Shown here: positions 48,402 through 59,978 of the stretch, one piece after another
Position numbering within the stretch: position 1 is the first letter of the stretch
Layout of the letters: each line of letters begins with the position of its first letter
Origin: Leucoraja erinacea
Taxonomy: Eukaryota
Reading direction: 5' to 3'
NCBI RefSeq assembly: GCF_028641065.1
Contig: NC_073391.1
Location: 45,880,001-45,944,000, forward strand
Length of the DNA: 64,000 nucleotides
Program-made: the position numbers and the translations under genes
Notes under the pieces: generated by a model
Told to the model about the DNA's origin: nothing
Seen by the model: only the letters and a program-made list of their open reading frames with translations
The model's database searches: none

Positions 48402-48546
48402 TGTGGCCAAGGGGATCAGAGGGTATGGAGAGAAGGCAGGTACGGGATACTGAGTTGGATGATCAGCCATGATCATATTAAATGGCGGTGCAGGCTCGAA
48501 GGGCCGAATGGCCTACTCCTGCACCTAATTTCTATGTTTTCTATGT
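48402..48546 (+). mobile_element. CR1 tail
   Basis: CR1 3' UTR and repeat tail. Confidence 0.8.
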
Positions 48547-48894
48547 TAAGAGTAATGCATCCAATTAGAAGAAGGGCCCTGAATCAAAGCATCACCTGTC
48601 CACGTTCCCGAGAGATGCTGCCTGACCAACTGAATTATTTCACCACTTGGCCAGTTTACTTTCAGCCTCACTGTCGCAGTTTGATGTCACAGTTCACCAT
48701 GAAGACTAAAATTAGCTCGTCTGAAACACTGACCTTTGCCGGTTAATTTAGTGTAATCCTTTTTTTACAGGATAGAACAAGCAGAGGATATAGATGCTCG
48801 GAAATCTCAAACTCCTTCAGTTAACCAGCACCTGAACGCATGGGAGGGATTCACTGTGTCAGCTGAGCCGACGAGGCACCATAAATTCCGCAGC

Positions 48895-50640
48895 ATGGAG
48901 ACATTATTCACTAGCTCTGAGAGTGAGCTGGGATTTACTCAATCCACCCACCAGCAAATTCAAGCTGTGGAGAAACCTTTTCCCTGTCCCGATTGTGGGA
49001 AGGGATTCACTCAAACAAACAACCTGAAGAGACACCAAAGACAAGTTCACGCTGAGGAGGAACCGATTCCTTGTACAGATTGCGGGAAGGTGTTCTCTCA
49101 AGCCTGCAACTTGAAGAGACACCAACAGCAAGTTCACGCTGAAGAGAAACTATTTCCCTGTCCCGACTGTGGGAAGGAATTCTCTCAGGCCGGCAACCTG
49201 AAGAGACACCAGAGAATTCACACAGGGGAGAAGCCATTCACCTGTTCTGTGTGTGGGAAGGGATTTACTGCATCATCTGGGCTACAGACACACCAGCGGA
49301 TTCACACTGGGGAGAGGCCGTTCACCTGTTCTGAGTGTGGGCAGGGATTTGTCCAATTGGCAAACCTCAGGACACACTATCAAATTCACACCGGGGAGAG
49401 ACCATTCATCTGCTCTGAGTGCGGCAAGGGATTTACACAATTGTGTGGGCTGCAGCAACACCAGAGGATTCACATCAGGGAGAGGCCGTTCACCTGCTCT
49501 GTGTGTGGGAAGGGATTTATGCAGTCATCTCACCTGCAGTCACACCAGCGAATACACATTGCAGAGAGACCGTTCACATGCTCTGTGTGCGGGAAGGGGT
49601 TTATTGATCACTCTGGGCTACAGAGACACCAGCAGATTCACAGTGGGGAGAGGCCATTCATCTGCTCCGAGTGTGGGAAGGGATTCACTGATTCTTCCAG
49701 CTTGCTGACCCACCGGCGAATTCACACTGGGGAGAGGCCGTTCACTTGTTCCGTGTGTGGGATGGGATTTGTGCAATTATCTCAGCTGCAGACACACCAG
49801 CCTATTCACACCGGGGAGAGGCCATTCACTTGTTCCGTGTGTGGGAAGGGATTTATACATTCCTATCGGCTACGGTCACACCAGCGGATTCACACCGGCG
49901 AGAGGCCGTTTGCCTGTTCTGTGTGTGGGAAGGGATTCACTGGGGTGAACTACCTGAAAAAACATGAGCGGGTTCATACCGGGGAGAGGCCGTTCCCTTG
50001 TTCCGTGTGCGGGAAAGTATTTATAGATACATCTCGGCTACAATTACACCAGCGAACTCACACTGGGGAGAGGCCGTTCACCTGTTCTGTGTGTGGGAAG
50101 GGGTTCACTGGGTTGAACTACCTGAAAAGACATGAGCGAGTTCACACCGGGGAGAGACCGTTCACTTGTTTTGTGTGTGAGAGGCGATTTATGGATGCGT
50201 CTCAGCTCAAATCACACCTGCGGACTCACACTGGAGAGAAGCCGTTCACTTGTTCTGTCTGTGACAAGGGGTTTGGTAAATTACATGGGCTACAAGTACA
50301 CCAGCGAATACACACCGGGGAGAGGCCGTTCACCTGTTCTGTCTGTGAGAAGGCGTTTACTAACTTAGCTGCGTTACTAACACACCAGAGAATTCACACA
50401 GGGGAGAGGCCGTTCACCTGCTCTGAGTGTGGGAGGGGATTCACTCAGTCTTCCCACCTGAAGACCCACCAGCGAGTTCACGCTGCGGGGAAACCATTTG
50501 CCTCTCCCAACGGTGGGCAGGTCGGCACTGATGATCTGGTGACCAACCAGCAAATTCACACTGAAATTCACAGTTCATCTGTTCTGTGTGTGGGAATGGA
50601 TTCACTCATTCAGTCTCCCAACCTAGTGACCCATGAGTGA
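48895..50640 (+). CDS. C2H2 ZNF gene L, 18 fingers, close paralog of D
   Basis: Intact ORF from ATG 48895; exon start 48771. Confidence 0.88.
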   Translation: METLFTSSESELGFTQSTHQQIQAVEKPFPCPDCGKGFTQTNNLKRHQRQVHAEEEPIPCTDCGKVFSQACNLKRHQQQVHAEEKLFPCPDCGKEFSQAGNLKRHQRIHTGEKPFTCSVCGKGFTASSGLQTHQRIHTGERPFTCSECGQGFVQLANLRTHYQIHTGERPFICSECGKGFTQLCGLQQHQRIHIRERPFTCSVCGKGFMQSSHLQSHQRIHIAERPFTCSVCGKGFIDHSGLQRHQQIHSGERPFICSECGKGFTDSSSLLTHRRIHTGERPFTCSVCGMGFVQLSQLQTHQPIHTGERPFTCSVCGKGFIHSYRLRSHQRIHTGERPFACSVCGKGFTGVNYLKKHERVHTGERPFPCSVCGKVFIDTSRLQLHQRTHTGERPFTCSVCGKGFTGLNYLKRHERVHTGERPFTCFVCERRFMDASQLKSHLRTHTGEKPFTCSVCDKGFGKLHGLQVHQRIHTGERPFTCSVCEKAFTNLAALLTHQRIHTGERPFTCSECGRGFTQSSHLKTHQRVHAAGKPFASPNGGQVGTDDLVTNQQIHTEIHSSSVLCVGMDSLIQSPNLVTHE

Positions 50641-51839
50641 GTTCACACTGGAAGGGGAGTTTCAATAAGCTGTCTGTTCTGTGTCTAACCATCACAGTTG
50701 CCGAATCCTGTGTCAAGTCTACAAGTGTCTGCTGGTGTTGTGCGGCTGCTCATTACATCTAGGACTCGCAGGTCACTGGGCACAGTTGTGCTTCGTTCCA
50801 CTGATGATAGTTTGCATTTATTTTATTGTCACGTGTACTGAGGTACGGTGGAAAGCATTTGTTGGGTGCGGCGGAGCGATGTGGGGTGGGCTGGGGCGGG
50901 ACGCTGAAGAACAAAGGAGGACCCAGTGTGCGGGAACAGTCGTTCCGGGGGGAGAGAGAACAAAGGAGGACTCTTGGGTATTTCACTTTGACTTGTCATG
51001 TGACAATAAAGCATTAATTCAATGGAAAGACAACACATGATTATACCTGCTATTCCCATTGCTATATCTGAGCTGGGGTTTAATTATCTGGGTTTGTGAT
51101 AAATGAGTTCTGTTGTAAACCTGGTGGCTCCGGTCCTTTCCCCTATCTCTACAACACACTCCTTCGATGAACCAGGAGGTCCACATTCTTCTGAGTTCAG
51201 GAGTTATAGGAGCAGATCGGTCAGGATAGAGAGTTCACATTGGGGAGAGAGCATTCACCTGTTTACTATGGGAATGATTTCACTTGATTATCTGAGGTAT
51301 TGGCACACCAGCTCGTTCACACTTGGGAGAAAGGTTCAATAAAATTTTGGTTTTGGCGTTTCACATCTCCCGCAAGTCTGTAGTTTTCTGACTATGTGGT
51401 TAAACCTGATGTTCATCACAGCCAGGACTAAACCCTGGTCATTGGGGAGTTTTGGAGGTTGTTCTTATGTTGTTAGTACTTCCTGTAACTGGGCTGTAGT
51501 TTAATATCTTGGATATGTGACAAATAAAGGAGTTCTGTTGTAAAACCTCTGTGACTCTCTCTGCCTAGGCAGGCCATTCGGCGCGTCTTTCTGTTGACTC
51601 GTTGGGAATGTTCTTGTTAGTCTTTTATCTGTTTATTCTGGGAGGGTAAAACGCTAATTGGTTCACAAGTCTGAATTTTGACACGTATTATATCTTTATT
51701 GTCATTTCCTGAGTATTCACATACCCAGAGGAAACAAAAAAACGTTGCTCAACCAGTGCAACTATTGATGTTCACAAGTAAATCACCACATCAGTTGCGA
51801 GAGGTCACTGCCCTCTACATACAAGGACAAAGTGGTGGG

Positions 51840-52130
51840 TCGACAAAAATGCTGGAGAAACACAGCAGGTGCAGCAGCATCTATGGAGCGAAGGAAATAG
51901 GCAACTTTGCGGGCCGAACCACTTCTTCAGACTGATGGAGGGTGGGTGGGGGCGGGGAGAAGAAAGGAAAAAGGAGAAGGAGGAGCCCGAGGGCTGAGGG
52001 AGAGCTAGGAAGGGGAGGAGACAGCAAGGGCTAACGGAATTGGGAGAATTCAATGTTTCTGAGCAGTTGGAGAGGAGGTTGTGAAACTGTCTCCGGAGGG
52101 AGGAGGAGAACTTCTTCAAAGTAGGCATAT
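51840..52130 (-). mobile_element. Penelope-like 3' fragment
   Basis: Homologous to 44065-44290. Confidence 0.7.
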
Positions 52131-52431
52131 CTCAAGTCAAGTAGAGTCAAATGTATTCGTCACATACACATATGAGACGTGCAGTGAAATGAAAAGTGGC
52201 AATGCTCGCGGACTTTCTGCAAAAAGACAAACAAACTACAAACAGAATGGAACAGAATCACATATTCTTTTACATATTAAATATTGTGGGCGGAAGGAAA
52301 AGGGGGAAAAAACAGCAATTTTGAGGGGATTTCGCAGTGGAGCTGACAAAGTGTTTAAGAAGGAAGCACAGATGCTGGAAAATCGAATTTAAGAAGGAAC
52401 TGCAGATGCTGGAAAGTGGCAGTTGTCCATT

Positions 52432-53330
52432 TGATAAATATGTGGATAATGAAGAAGATTTCCAAAGTCTACAGTGTGATTTAGGCCATTTGGAAGAATG
52501 GGCTGAAAGATGGCAGATGGAGATTAATGCTGATAAATGTGACGTGCTACACCTTGGCAGGACTAATCAAAATAGGACGTACATGGTAAATGGTAGGGAA
52601 TTGAAGAATACAGTTGAATAGAGGGATCTGGGAATAACCGTGCATAGTTCCTTGAAGGTGGAATCTCATATAGATATGGTGGTAAAGAAAGCTTTTGGTA
52701 TGCTGGCCTTTATAAATCAGAGCATTGAGTATAGAAGCTGGGATGTAGTGTTAAAATTGTACAAGGCATTTGTGAGACCAAATCTGGAGTATTGTGTACA
52801 ATTTTGGTCGCCCAATTATAGGAAGGATGTCAACAAAATAGAGAGAGTACAGAGGAGATTTACTAGAATATTGCCTGGGTTTCAACAACTAAGTTACAGA
52901 GAAAGGTTGGATAAGTTAGGTCTTTATTCTCTGGAGCGCAGAATGTTATGGGGGGGACTTGATAGAGGTCTTTAAAATGATGAGAGGGATAGACCGAGTT
53001 GATGTGGACCAGCTTTTCCCTTTGAGAATAGGGAAGATTCAAACAAGAGGACATGACTTCAGAATTAAGGGACAGAAGTTTAGGGGTAACATGAGGGGGA
53101 ACTTCTTTACTCGGAGAGTGGTAGCGGTGTGGAATGAGCTTCCAGTGGAAGTGGTGGAGGCAGGTTCGTTGGTATCATTTAAAAATAAATTGGATAGGCA
53201 TATGGATGAGAAGGGAATGGAGGGTTATGGTATGAGTGCAGGCAGGTGGGACTAAGGGAAAAAAGTTGTTCGGCACGGACTTGTAGGGCCGAGATGGCCT
53301 GTTCCCGTGCTGTAATTGTTATATGCTTAT
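52432..53330 (+). mobile_element. CR1 LINE 3' 0.9 kb, second subfamily
   Basis: LQCDL..WAERWQM..KCDVLHLG; LYKAFVRPNLEYCVQFWSP; TRGHD..FFTRRVV. Confidence 0.9.
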
Positions 53331-53332
53331 AT

Positions 53333-53585
53333 TTGGGGAACGCTGAGCCGGTGATTTCAGATCATGTCCATGGCCCCCTCTTTACCCAGAAACCTCCGCG
53401 CCCCAGAACTCGCCCTATGTCACAGGCGCGGAGAGACCCGGAAGTGGGTGCGGCAAAGTCGCGCATGCGGTCCGTGGACAAAAGACTCCGGTGGATCGGC
53501 GGCGGGTAGGAGCGGGGATCCGGGCGCGGGATCAGTCAGCACCGAGGCCCGGCCTGAGGAGCGGCCCCCGGCTGTGGGGACACGT
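53333..53585 (+). promoter_or_regulatory. CpG promoter / exon 1 of gene M
   Basis: Cluster promoter repeat; donor GT at 53506. Confidence 0.75.
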
Positions 53586-53767
53586 GTGATGTCATATTTC
53601 ACCGTCGAGACAAAACAACACCTTGTCTGAAACACTGATCTTTACCTGTTAATTCATTGTAAACGACTCAATAGAAGAAGCAGAGGATTAATGTTCAGGA
53701 ATCTCAATCGTATTCACAAGGATTCACTGTGTCAGCTGAGCCGAGCAGACGCCAGAGGGTTGACAGC

Positions 53768-55405
53768 ATGGAGACATTATCCACCAGCTCCCAGTGTGGG
53801 CAGGGATTCACTCAATCTCCCCACCTGGTGACCCAGCAGCAAGTTCACGCTGTGGAGAAACCATTTACCTGTCCCCATTGTGGGAAGGGATTCACTCAGT
53901 CGTGCCAACTGAAGAAGCACTATCGAATTCACAGCGGGGAGAAGCCGTTCACCTGCTCTGAGTGTGGGAAGAAATTCACCGTGTTATCTGTGCTGCTGAT
54001 CCACCAGCGGATTCACACCGGGGAGAGGCCGTACATCTGCTCTGAGTGTGGGAAGGGATTCATTGCATCATCTCAGTTGCTGACACACCAGAGAACTCAC
54101 ACCGAGGAGAAGTCGTTCGTCTGCTCGGATTGTGGGAAGGGGTTCTTCCATTTGTCCGCGTTACAGATACATCAGAGGATTCACACCGGGGAGAGGCCCT
54201 TCGTCTGCTCGGAGTGTGGGAGGGGATTCAGCCAATCCTCCAACCTGAAGAGACACCAGCAAGTTCACGCTGTGGAGAAACCGTTTGCCTGTCCCGATTG
54301 TGGGAAGGGGTTCTCTCGAGCGAGCCGGCTAAAGTGGCACCAGCAGATTCACACCGAGGAGGGGCTGACAACACGTCAGCGAGTTCAGACCTGCGAGAGG
54401 CCGTTCACCTGCTCCGAGTGTGGGAAGGGGTTCATTGCATCATCTGAGCTCCTGAAACACCAGAGAATTCACACTGGGGAGAAGCCGTTCATCTGCTCTG
54501 AGTGTGGGAAGGGATTCATTGAATCATCTGCCTTACAGATACACACGTGGGTTCACACTGAAGAGAGGCCGTTCACCTGCTCTGAGTGTGGGAAGGGATT
54601 TGTTCGTTCGTCTGCATTACAGGTACACTGGAGAACTCACACCGGGGAGAGGCCCTTCTTCTGCTCGGAGTGTGGGAAGGGTTTCACTGGTTCATTTTCA
54701 TTGTTGATGCACCAGAGAATTCACACCGGGGAGAGGCCGTTCATCTGTGCTGAGTGTGGGAGGGGATTCATTGAATCATCAGCGTTGCAGGTACACCAGA
54801 GAATTCACACTGGGGAGAGGCCGTTCACCTGCTCTGATTGTGGGAGGGGGTTCAACCGAGCTTCCCAACTGGTGACCCACCAGCAAGTTCATGCTGTGAA
54901 AACAAAAATCCCCTGTCCTGATTGTGGGAAGGGATTCGCTCAGGCAGACAGCCTGAAGAAGCACCAGCTTATGCACACCGAGGAGAGGCCGCTCTCCTGC
55001 TCCGAGTGCGGGAAGGGGTTCATTCACTCATCTGCGTTGTCGAGGCACCAGAGAATTCACACCGGGGAGAGGCCGTTCACCTGCTCCGAGTGTGGGAGGG
55101 GATTCACTCATTCGTCTGCGTTGCAGGTACACTGGAGAATTCACACTGGCGAGAGGCCGTTCGTTTGTTTGGAGTGCGGGAAGGGGTTCACCCAATCTTC
55201 TCACCTGAACAGACACCAGCAAGTTCACGCTGTGAAGAAACAATTTGCCTGTTCCGATTGTGGGAAGGAATTCAGTCAGGCGGGCAGCCTGAAGAGGCAC
55301 CAGCGAATTCACGCTGGAGAGAGGCCGTTCATCTGCTCTGTGTGTGGAAAGGGGTTCATTGGATCGAGTGAGCTGCTGACACACCAGAGAATTCACACTG
55401 GATAG
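53768..55405 (+). CDS. C2H2 ZNF gene M, 18 fingers, divergent subfamily
   Basis: Intact ORF from ATG (METLS) at 53768. Confidence 0.88.
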   Translation: METLSTSSQCGQGFTQSPHLVTQQQVHAVEKPFTCPHCGKGFTQSCQLKKHYRIHSGEKPFTCSECGKKFTVLSVLLIHQRIHTGERPYICSECGKGFIASSQLLTHQRTHTEEKSFVCSDCGKGFFHLSALQIHQRIHTGERPFVCSECGRGFSQSSNLKRHQQVHAVEKPFACPDCGKGFSRASRLKWHQQIHTEEGLTTRQRVQTCERPFTCSECGKGFIASSELLKHQRIHTGEKPFICSECGKGFIESSALQIHTWVHTEERPFTCSECGKGFVRSSALQVHWRTHTGERPFFCSECGKGFTGSFSLLMHQRIHTGERPFICAECGRGFIESSALQVHQRIHTGERPFTCSDCGRGFNRASQLVTHQQVHAVKTKIPCPDCGKGFAQADSLKKHQLMHTEERPLSCSECGKGFIHSSALSRHQRIHTGERPFTCSECGRGFTHSSALQVHWRIHTGERPFVCLECGKGFTQSSHLNRHQQVHAVKKQFACSDCGKEFSQAGSLKRHQRIHAGERPFICSVCGKGFIGSSELLTHQRIHTG

Positions 55406-55639
55406 ACGCTCTGAATGTGTGGGACCAGATCACGTGGTAATTACGAGTCGCAAACTCTCTCACCACAAAACTGCCATTTCCGCATCAATACCATTTGTGT
55501 TATTACACTATTTATAAAACACGGGATTCCCGAGGAATGCAAGTGGTGCAGAACTATCTGTATTTTATGTTAAACTTCAGGCACCTTTAGGTGTTTTGAT
55601 TTCAATAATTGTTCGCCTCTGAGATAAAAACACAGACTG

Positions 55640-55797
55640 GCTGTCGTCCATTGGGGAACGTTGAGCTGGTGATTTCAGATCATTTCCATGGCGCCCTCTT
55701 TACCCCGAAACCTCCGTACCCCAGAACTCGCCTCATTGTTGCAGGGATCGCGGGGAGCCGGAGGTGATGCGGTCAAGGCGCGCGTTGCAGTCCGCGG
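55640..55797 (+). promoter_or_regulatory. Orphan truncated ZNF promoter
   Basis: Cluster promoter head cut before the donor; no finger exon follows. Confidence 0.6.
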
Positions 55798-55899
55798 TGA
55801 TGGAATATTTATGTATCTATTACCCTTGTGTGTTCTATCTGTCTCTGTACAAGATCGCGTACCGAAACTGCCTGGTTCAGTGGACAATCTGGTCACAGG

Positions 55900-56672
55900 T
55901 GACCCGACCCTAGGGGATCGATGGCGGTTTAACGTGATTATGGTAACGCCGTTGGACTCCACATCTTGGCGATGTTTCAGGTCAGGACCGGCTGTGTAGC
56001 TCCTGTGCCAGTTGTGTGTTTTTTTTTGTAAACCTGTAAAAGTACCTCCTTGTATCAGGCAACACCAGCACGGAGCGGGCGATGGCTTACCGGATCGCCT
56101 TCGGGTAAGCTCCGGGGCACTGGGAACGCCGACTGCAACATCGCTGAGCTGCGGCTGCAGAGCGTCCAGCCGCGGGCGGGCGGCCCAGGATTTTAACACC
56201 GCGGGGCCTGGTGTCCGAGTTCGCCAGTGTCAGAGGTCCGGCCAGCGCGGCCTGAGAACTTTGGACATTTGCAGTCTTCGGGGGGAAGCGGCCGCGATGC
56301 GTCCAGGCCGCTGAAGAATGCAGTCACCCGACGCCGATGATCCATTTCGCGGCAGAGGGCCTGTGAACATCGAGTTGGCTGAGGAGGCTGTATATAGACC
56401 CGACCTCGGGTGGACTATGAGGGGGAGGACTGGATATTTTTTAGTGCCTTCCCTCACAGTGAATTCTGCTGTGGGGGGACGTTTCATGTTGATTTCTATA
56501 GTGTACTGTTCTGTGTCTTTTTTTCTTTTTTCTCTTTTTTGTTTTTGTATGGATATATTGACATTTGGTCTGTTCTATTAATTTAATCAAACTCTGTAAA
56601 GCACTTTGGTTCAAATACTGGTTTTGTTGAAAAGTGCTATATAAATAAAGATTATTATTATTATTATTATTA
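55900..56672 (+). mobile_element. GC-rich non-autonomous retroposon with L2-type tail
   Basis: TGTAAAGCACTTTG..AAAGTGCTATATAAATAAA(TTA)n; CACAGTG core at about 56455; 5' boundary uncertain. Confidence 0.6.
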
Positions 56673-57142
56673 TGAGACAGAAAAAAATAGGAAGAGAGAT
56701 GGGGGTCCAGGCCGGGTAGGGTTCCATGGGGCAATGCCCCTGGCGGGGGTAAAAATGTTTGATAATTGCGGAAATGTTTGATAATTGTACCTTGAAACGA
56801 CACTGTTTTCTTGTCTGTTTACCTTTAATTTATACTGTAATTTTTTTTTAAATTGTACCTTAAAATAACACAAATTACTTGCTTGTCACTTCTTCATTTA
56901 CACAGAAAATTTGTGATAATCAAACCTTAAAATGACACCAACTCCTTGCTTAAATATACTCAAGTCATATTGAAAATATTTTATATTACACCTACTTGTA
57001 TCATGGTACCTGTTCCTTGCTTGTTTACACTAATTAGAGAGAAGTATCGTTTACCATTGTGTTTAAACGCCAAATGAATTTCAAATCCAACTCCCAACAG
57101 TTAGGATGAACATGATGATCCAACCACTTCAAAGATGATCAT

Positions 57143-57395
57143 ATAGAAACATAGAAAATAGGTGCAGGAGGAGGCCATTCGGCCCTTCGAGCCTGCACCG
57201 CCAATCAGTGTGATCATGGCTGATCATCCAACTCAGTATCCTGTACCTGCCTTCTCTCCATACCCCCTGATCCCTTTAGCCACAAGGGCCACATCTAACT
57301 CTCTCTTAAATATAGCCAATGAACTGGCCTCAACTACCTTCTGTGGCAGAGAATGCCACAGATTCACCACTCTCTGTGTGAAAAATGTTTAAATA
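57143..57395 (-). mobile_element. CR1 3' fragment
   Basis: Same family as 1343-1901. Confidence 0.85.
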
Positions 57396-57447
57396 TAGCC
57401 ATATTGTGCTACATGGCTACTCAGTCATATACAGTGGACAGAATATT

Positions 57448-57750
57448 AATTGAATTGAATTGAATTTCCTTTATTGTCATTCAGACCTTACGGTCTGAAC
57501 GAAATTTTGTGCCTGCAGTCATACATACAATGATACAATAATAAACAACAATAAACACAAATTAACATCCACCACAGTGAGTCCTCCAAACACCTCCTCA
57601 CTGTGGTGGAGGCAAAAAATCTTAGGGCTGCAGTCTCTTCCCTCTTCTCCCTCTGCGCTGAGGCGATTCCCCCCCGGGCGATGGTACAAACAGTCCCGCA
57701 GCTCACCGAACCCCGTGAACGGGCCGGTTCAAAACACTGCCCCCCGGACC
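57448..57750 (-). mobile_element. Copy of the retroposon at 16360-16756
   Basis: Near-identical reverse sequence; ATTAA flanks. Confidence 0.7.
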
Positions 57751-57929
57751 GGATTAACATCTCAACCTGGAATTTAAGACATTATTTGAAAAATAACAGT
57801 TCCCAAAATCTGGGTTCAAATTATTAAAAAAAAAAAGAAAAATAGGCGAATAATCTTTTATCTTCTTTTGATTGCTGGACATGTTCTGATTGCCAGAATT
57901 TGTAAAGTCGGTGACTATTAAGGGATGCT

Positions 57930-58470
57930 AATTGCTGACACAATGGCGAGTCCAAGCCAGAAGGCATCCGACGAGCCGCGGCTGTGGACCGGGACCGCGG
58001 CCTTTATCGCGGGTAGAATCCCGGGTCAGACGAAACGGCCGACGGCGCCCACGTCTGTGCCCGGGTCGGCACCACGGAGGGTGAAGTGGGGAATCGAGGC
58101 GGTGAGGTTGTGGTGGCGGTGAAGCCCCGCGACGATGGGGCGATGACTTACCGAATTCCAAGATCCGCGGAGAAATCCCATGCCTGTTGTATCCACTGTT
58201 GATTCTCCGGCGGTCGGTGGATCAATGGCCGCCTCTTTACCCACAATCCGCCGCGTGTCAGAAACCAGTTTATAAGGCACGGTGCCGTTCATGCGCATGC
58301 GCCCCGCTCCCTCTGCGCGCCTTGGCCTCACCGCTTCAGGCTCTCCGCGCCTGCGCGCTTGTTGTCGCTTGCAACATAGGGCGAGTTCTGGGGCGCGGAG
58401 GTTTCTGGGTATCGAGGGCGCCATGGAAATGATCTGATATCACCGGTTCAGCGTTCCCCAATGGACAAGA
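57930..58470 (-). promoter_or_regulatory. Orphan CpG island with both promoter modules fused and a consensus splice donor
   Basis: Main module (-) 58310-58470 abuts intronic-type module (+) 58222-58305; CG|GTAAGT on minus strand at 58151. Confidence 0.6.
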
Positions 58471-59978
58471 ACCAGTGTCCTGTTGTGTGGAGAGACTACA
58501 GTCAATTTAACACAGCAACTTCGCACAAAGGATATGTTCGATTGTCAAAATCATTACACTTACTAGTCCTGCTGAGTTACTCCTGCATTTTGCGCCCATC
58601 TTCGGTTTAAACCAGCATCTGCAGTTATTTCCCAAACTATCTTTCCCAGAACATATTCAAAGATCAATTCTCTCTAATGGCTACAAGTCTGTATTTGTCA
58701 GTGCTGAACTATTATCTACCTTCTTTGTGACCTTCGGACTATCCTTGATCAGGCTTTGCTGGCTTTACCTTGCACTAAACGTGATTCTCTTATCATGTAT
58801 CTATACGCTGTAAATAACTAGATTGTAATCGTGTATTGTCTTTCTGCTGGCTGGATAGCACGCAACAAAAGCTTCATACTGTACCTGGGCACACTTGACA
58901 ATAAACAAAACTGAACAAGGTCTCCGTACCGCTTGGTATCACCTGCAGTGTAGGGTGAGTTCTGGGGCGCCGAGGTTTCTGAAATTACTGATCTGAAATC
59001 ACAAGCTCAGCGTTCCCCAACAACTATTTGGTCCATTTATGCGGAGAGTACACAGTTAATTTAACACAACATCTCACAACCAATGTCACGTTCATAAGTG
59101 ATTGGCCATTCAGCCCATCAAGTCTACTCCTAACCCCATTCGACTGTCTAACCCTTGACATCCATACTAATCAAGAATCTATCTATCCCGGCCTTGAAAA
59201 TATTGATTGACGGTTCCTGCGCCTTCTGTGGCAATTCACCACCCTCCGATTAAAGAAATTCCTACTCATCTTCTCCTAAACGAACATCCTTTAATTCTGA
59301 GGCTAAAACCTCGGGCCTTGACTTTCCCACTACTGGAAACATCCTCTCCAAGTCCACTCTATCCAGGCCTTTCACTGTGTCCTCGAATGTTGTGTAGTCA
59401 CACTTTCATGATTGTGAAACATGATTTCAGATTCATGAAGCAATGACAAGTTTCACCCTCCCTCCCCGAACTAAACAGAGGAAGAAGAAATGCAAGAACA
59501 TTCCAAAGGAGTCATCAGAGGTGAAAGACTGGCAGTGAATAGACGGGCCAAAGGGCCTCTCGAGGGAGATTGCATGCAGAGAGAGTCTCAGGTTTTACAA
59601 CAGAACTTCTTTATTTGTCACATGTCCAAGATATTAAACTCCAGCCCAGTTACAGGGGTTAGTAACAACATCGGAACAAACCCCAACTGTGTCCAGCGAC
59701 CAAGGTTCAGTCCTGGGTGTGATGAACATCAGCAGTACCCGCACAGTCCAACACCAGCAGTCGCTTGTGGACTTGCAACTGGACTCAGCAACCGTGATGG
59801 TTAAACAGTGAATCAAAAACTCACTTCAAATGCCCGCGCCCCCACCCAGCGTGTACGAGCTGGTGTCAACAGCTCAGATAATCAAGTGAATCCCTTCCCA
59901 CACATTAAACAGGTGAGTGGCCTCTCCCCCAGTGTGAATTCTCTGCTGGGTCACCAGGTTAGATTTACCAGTGAAACT

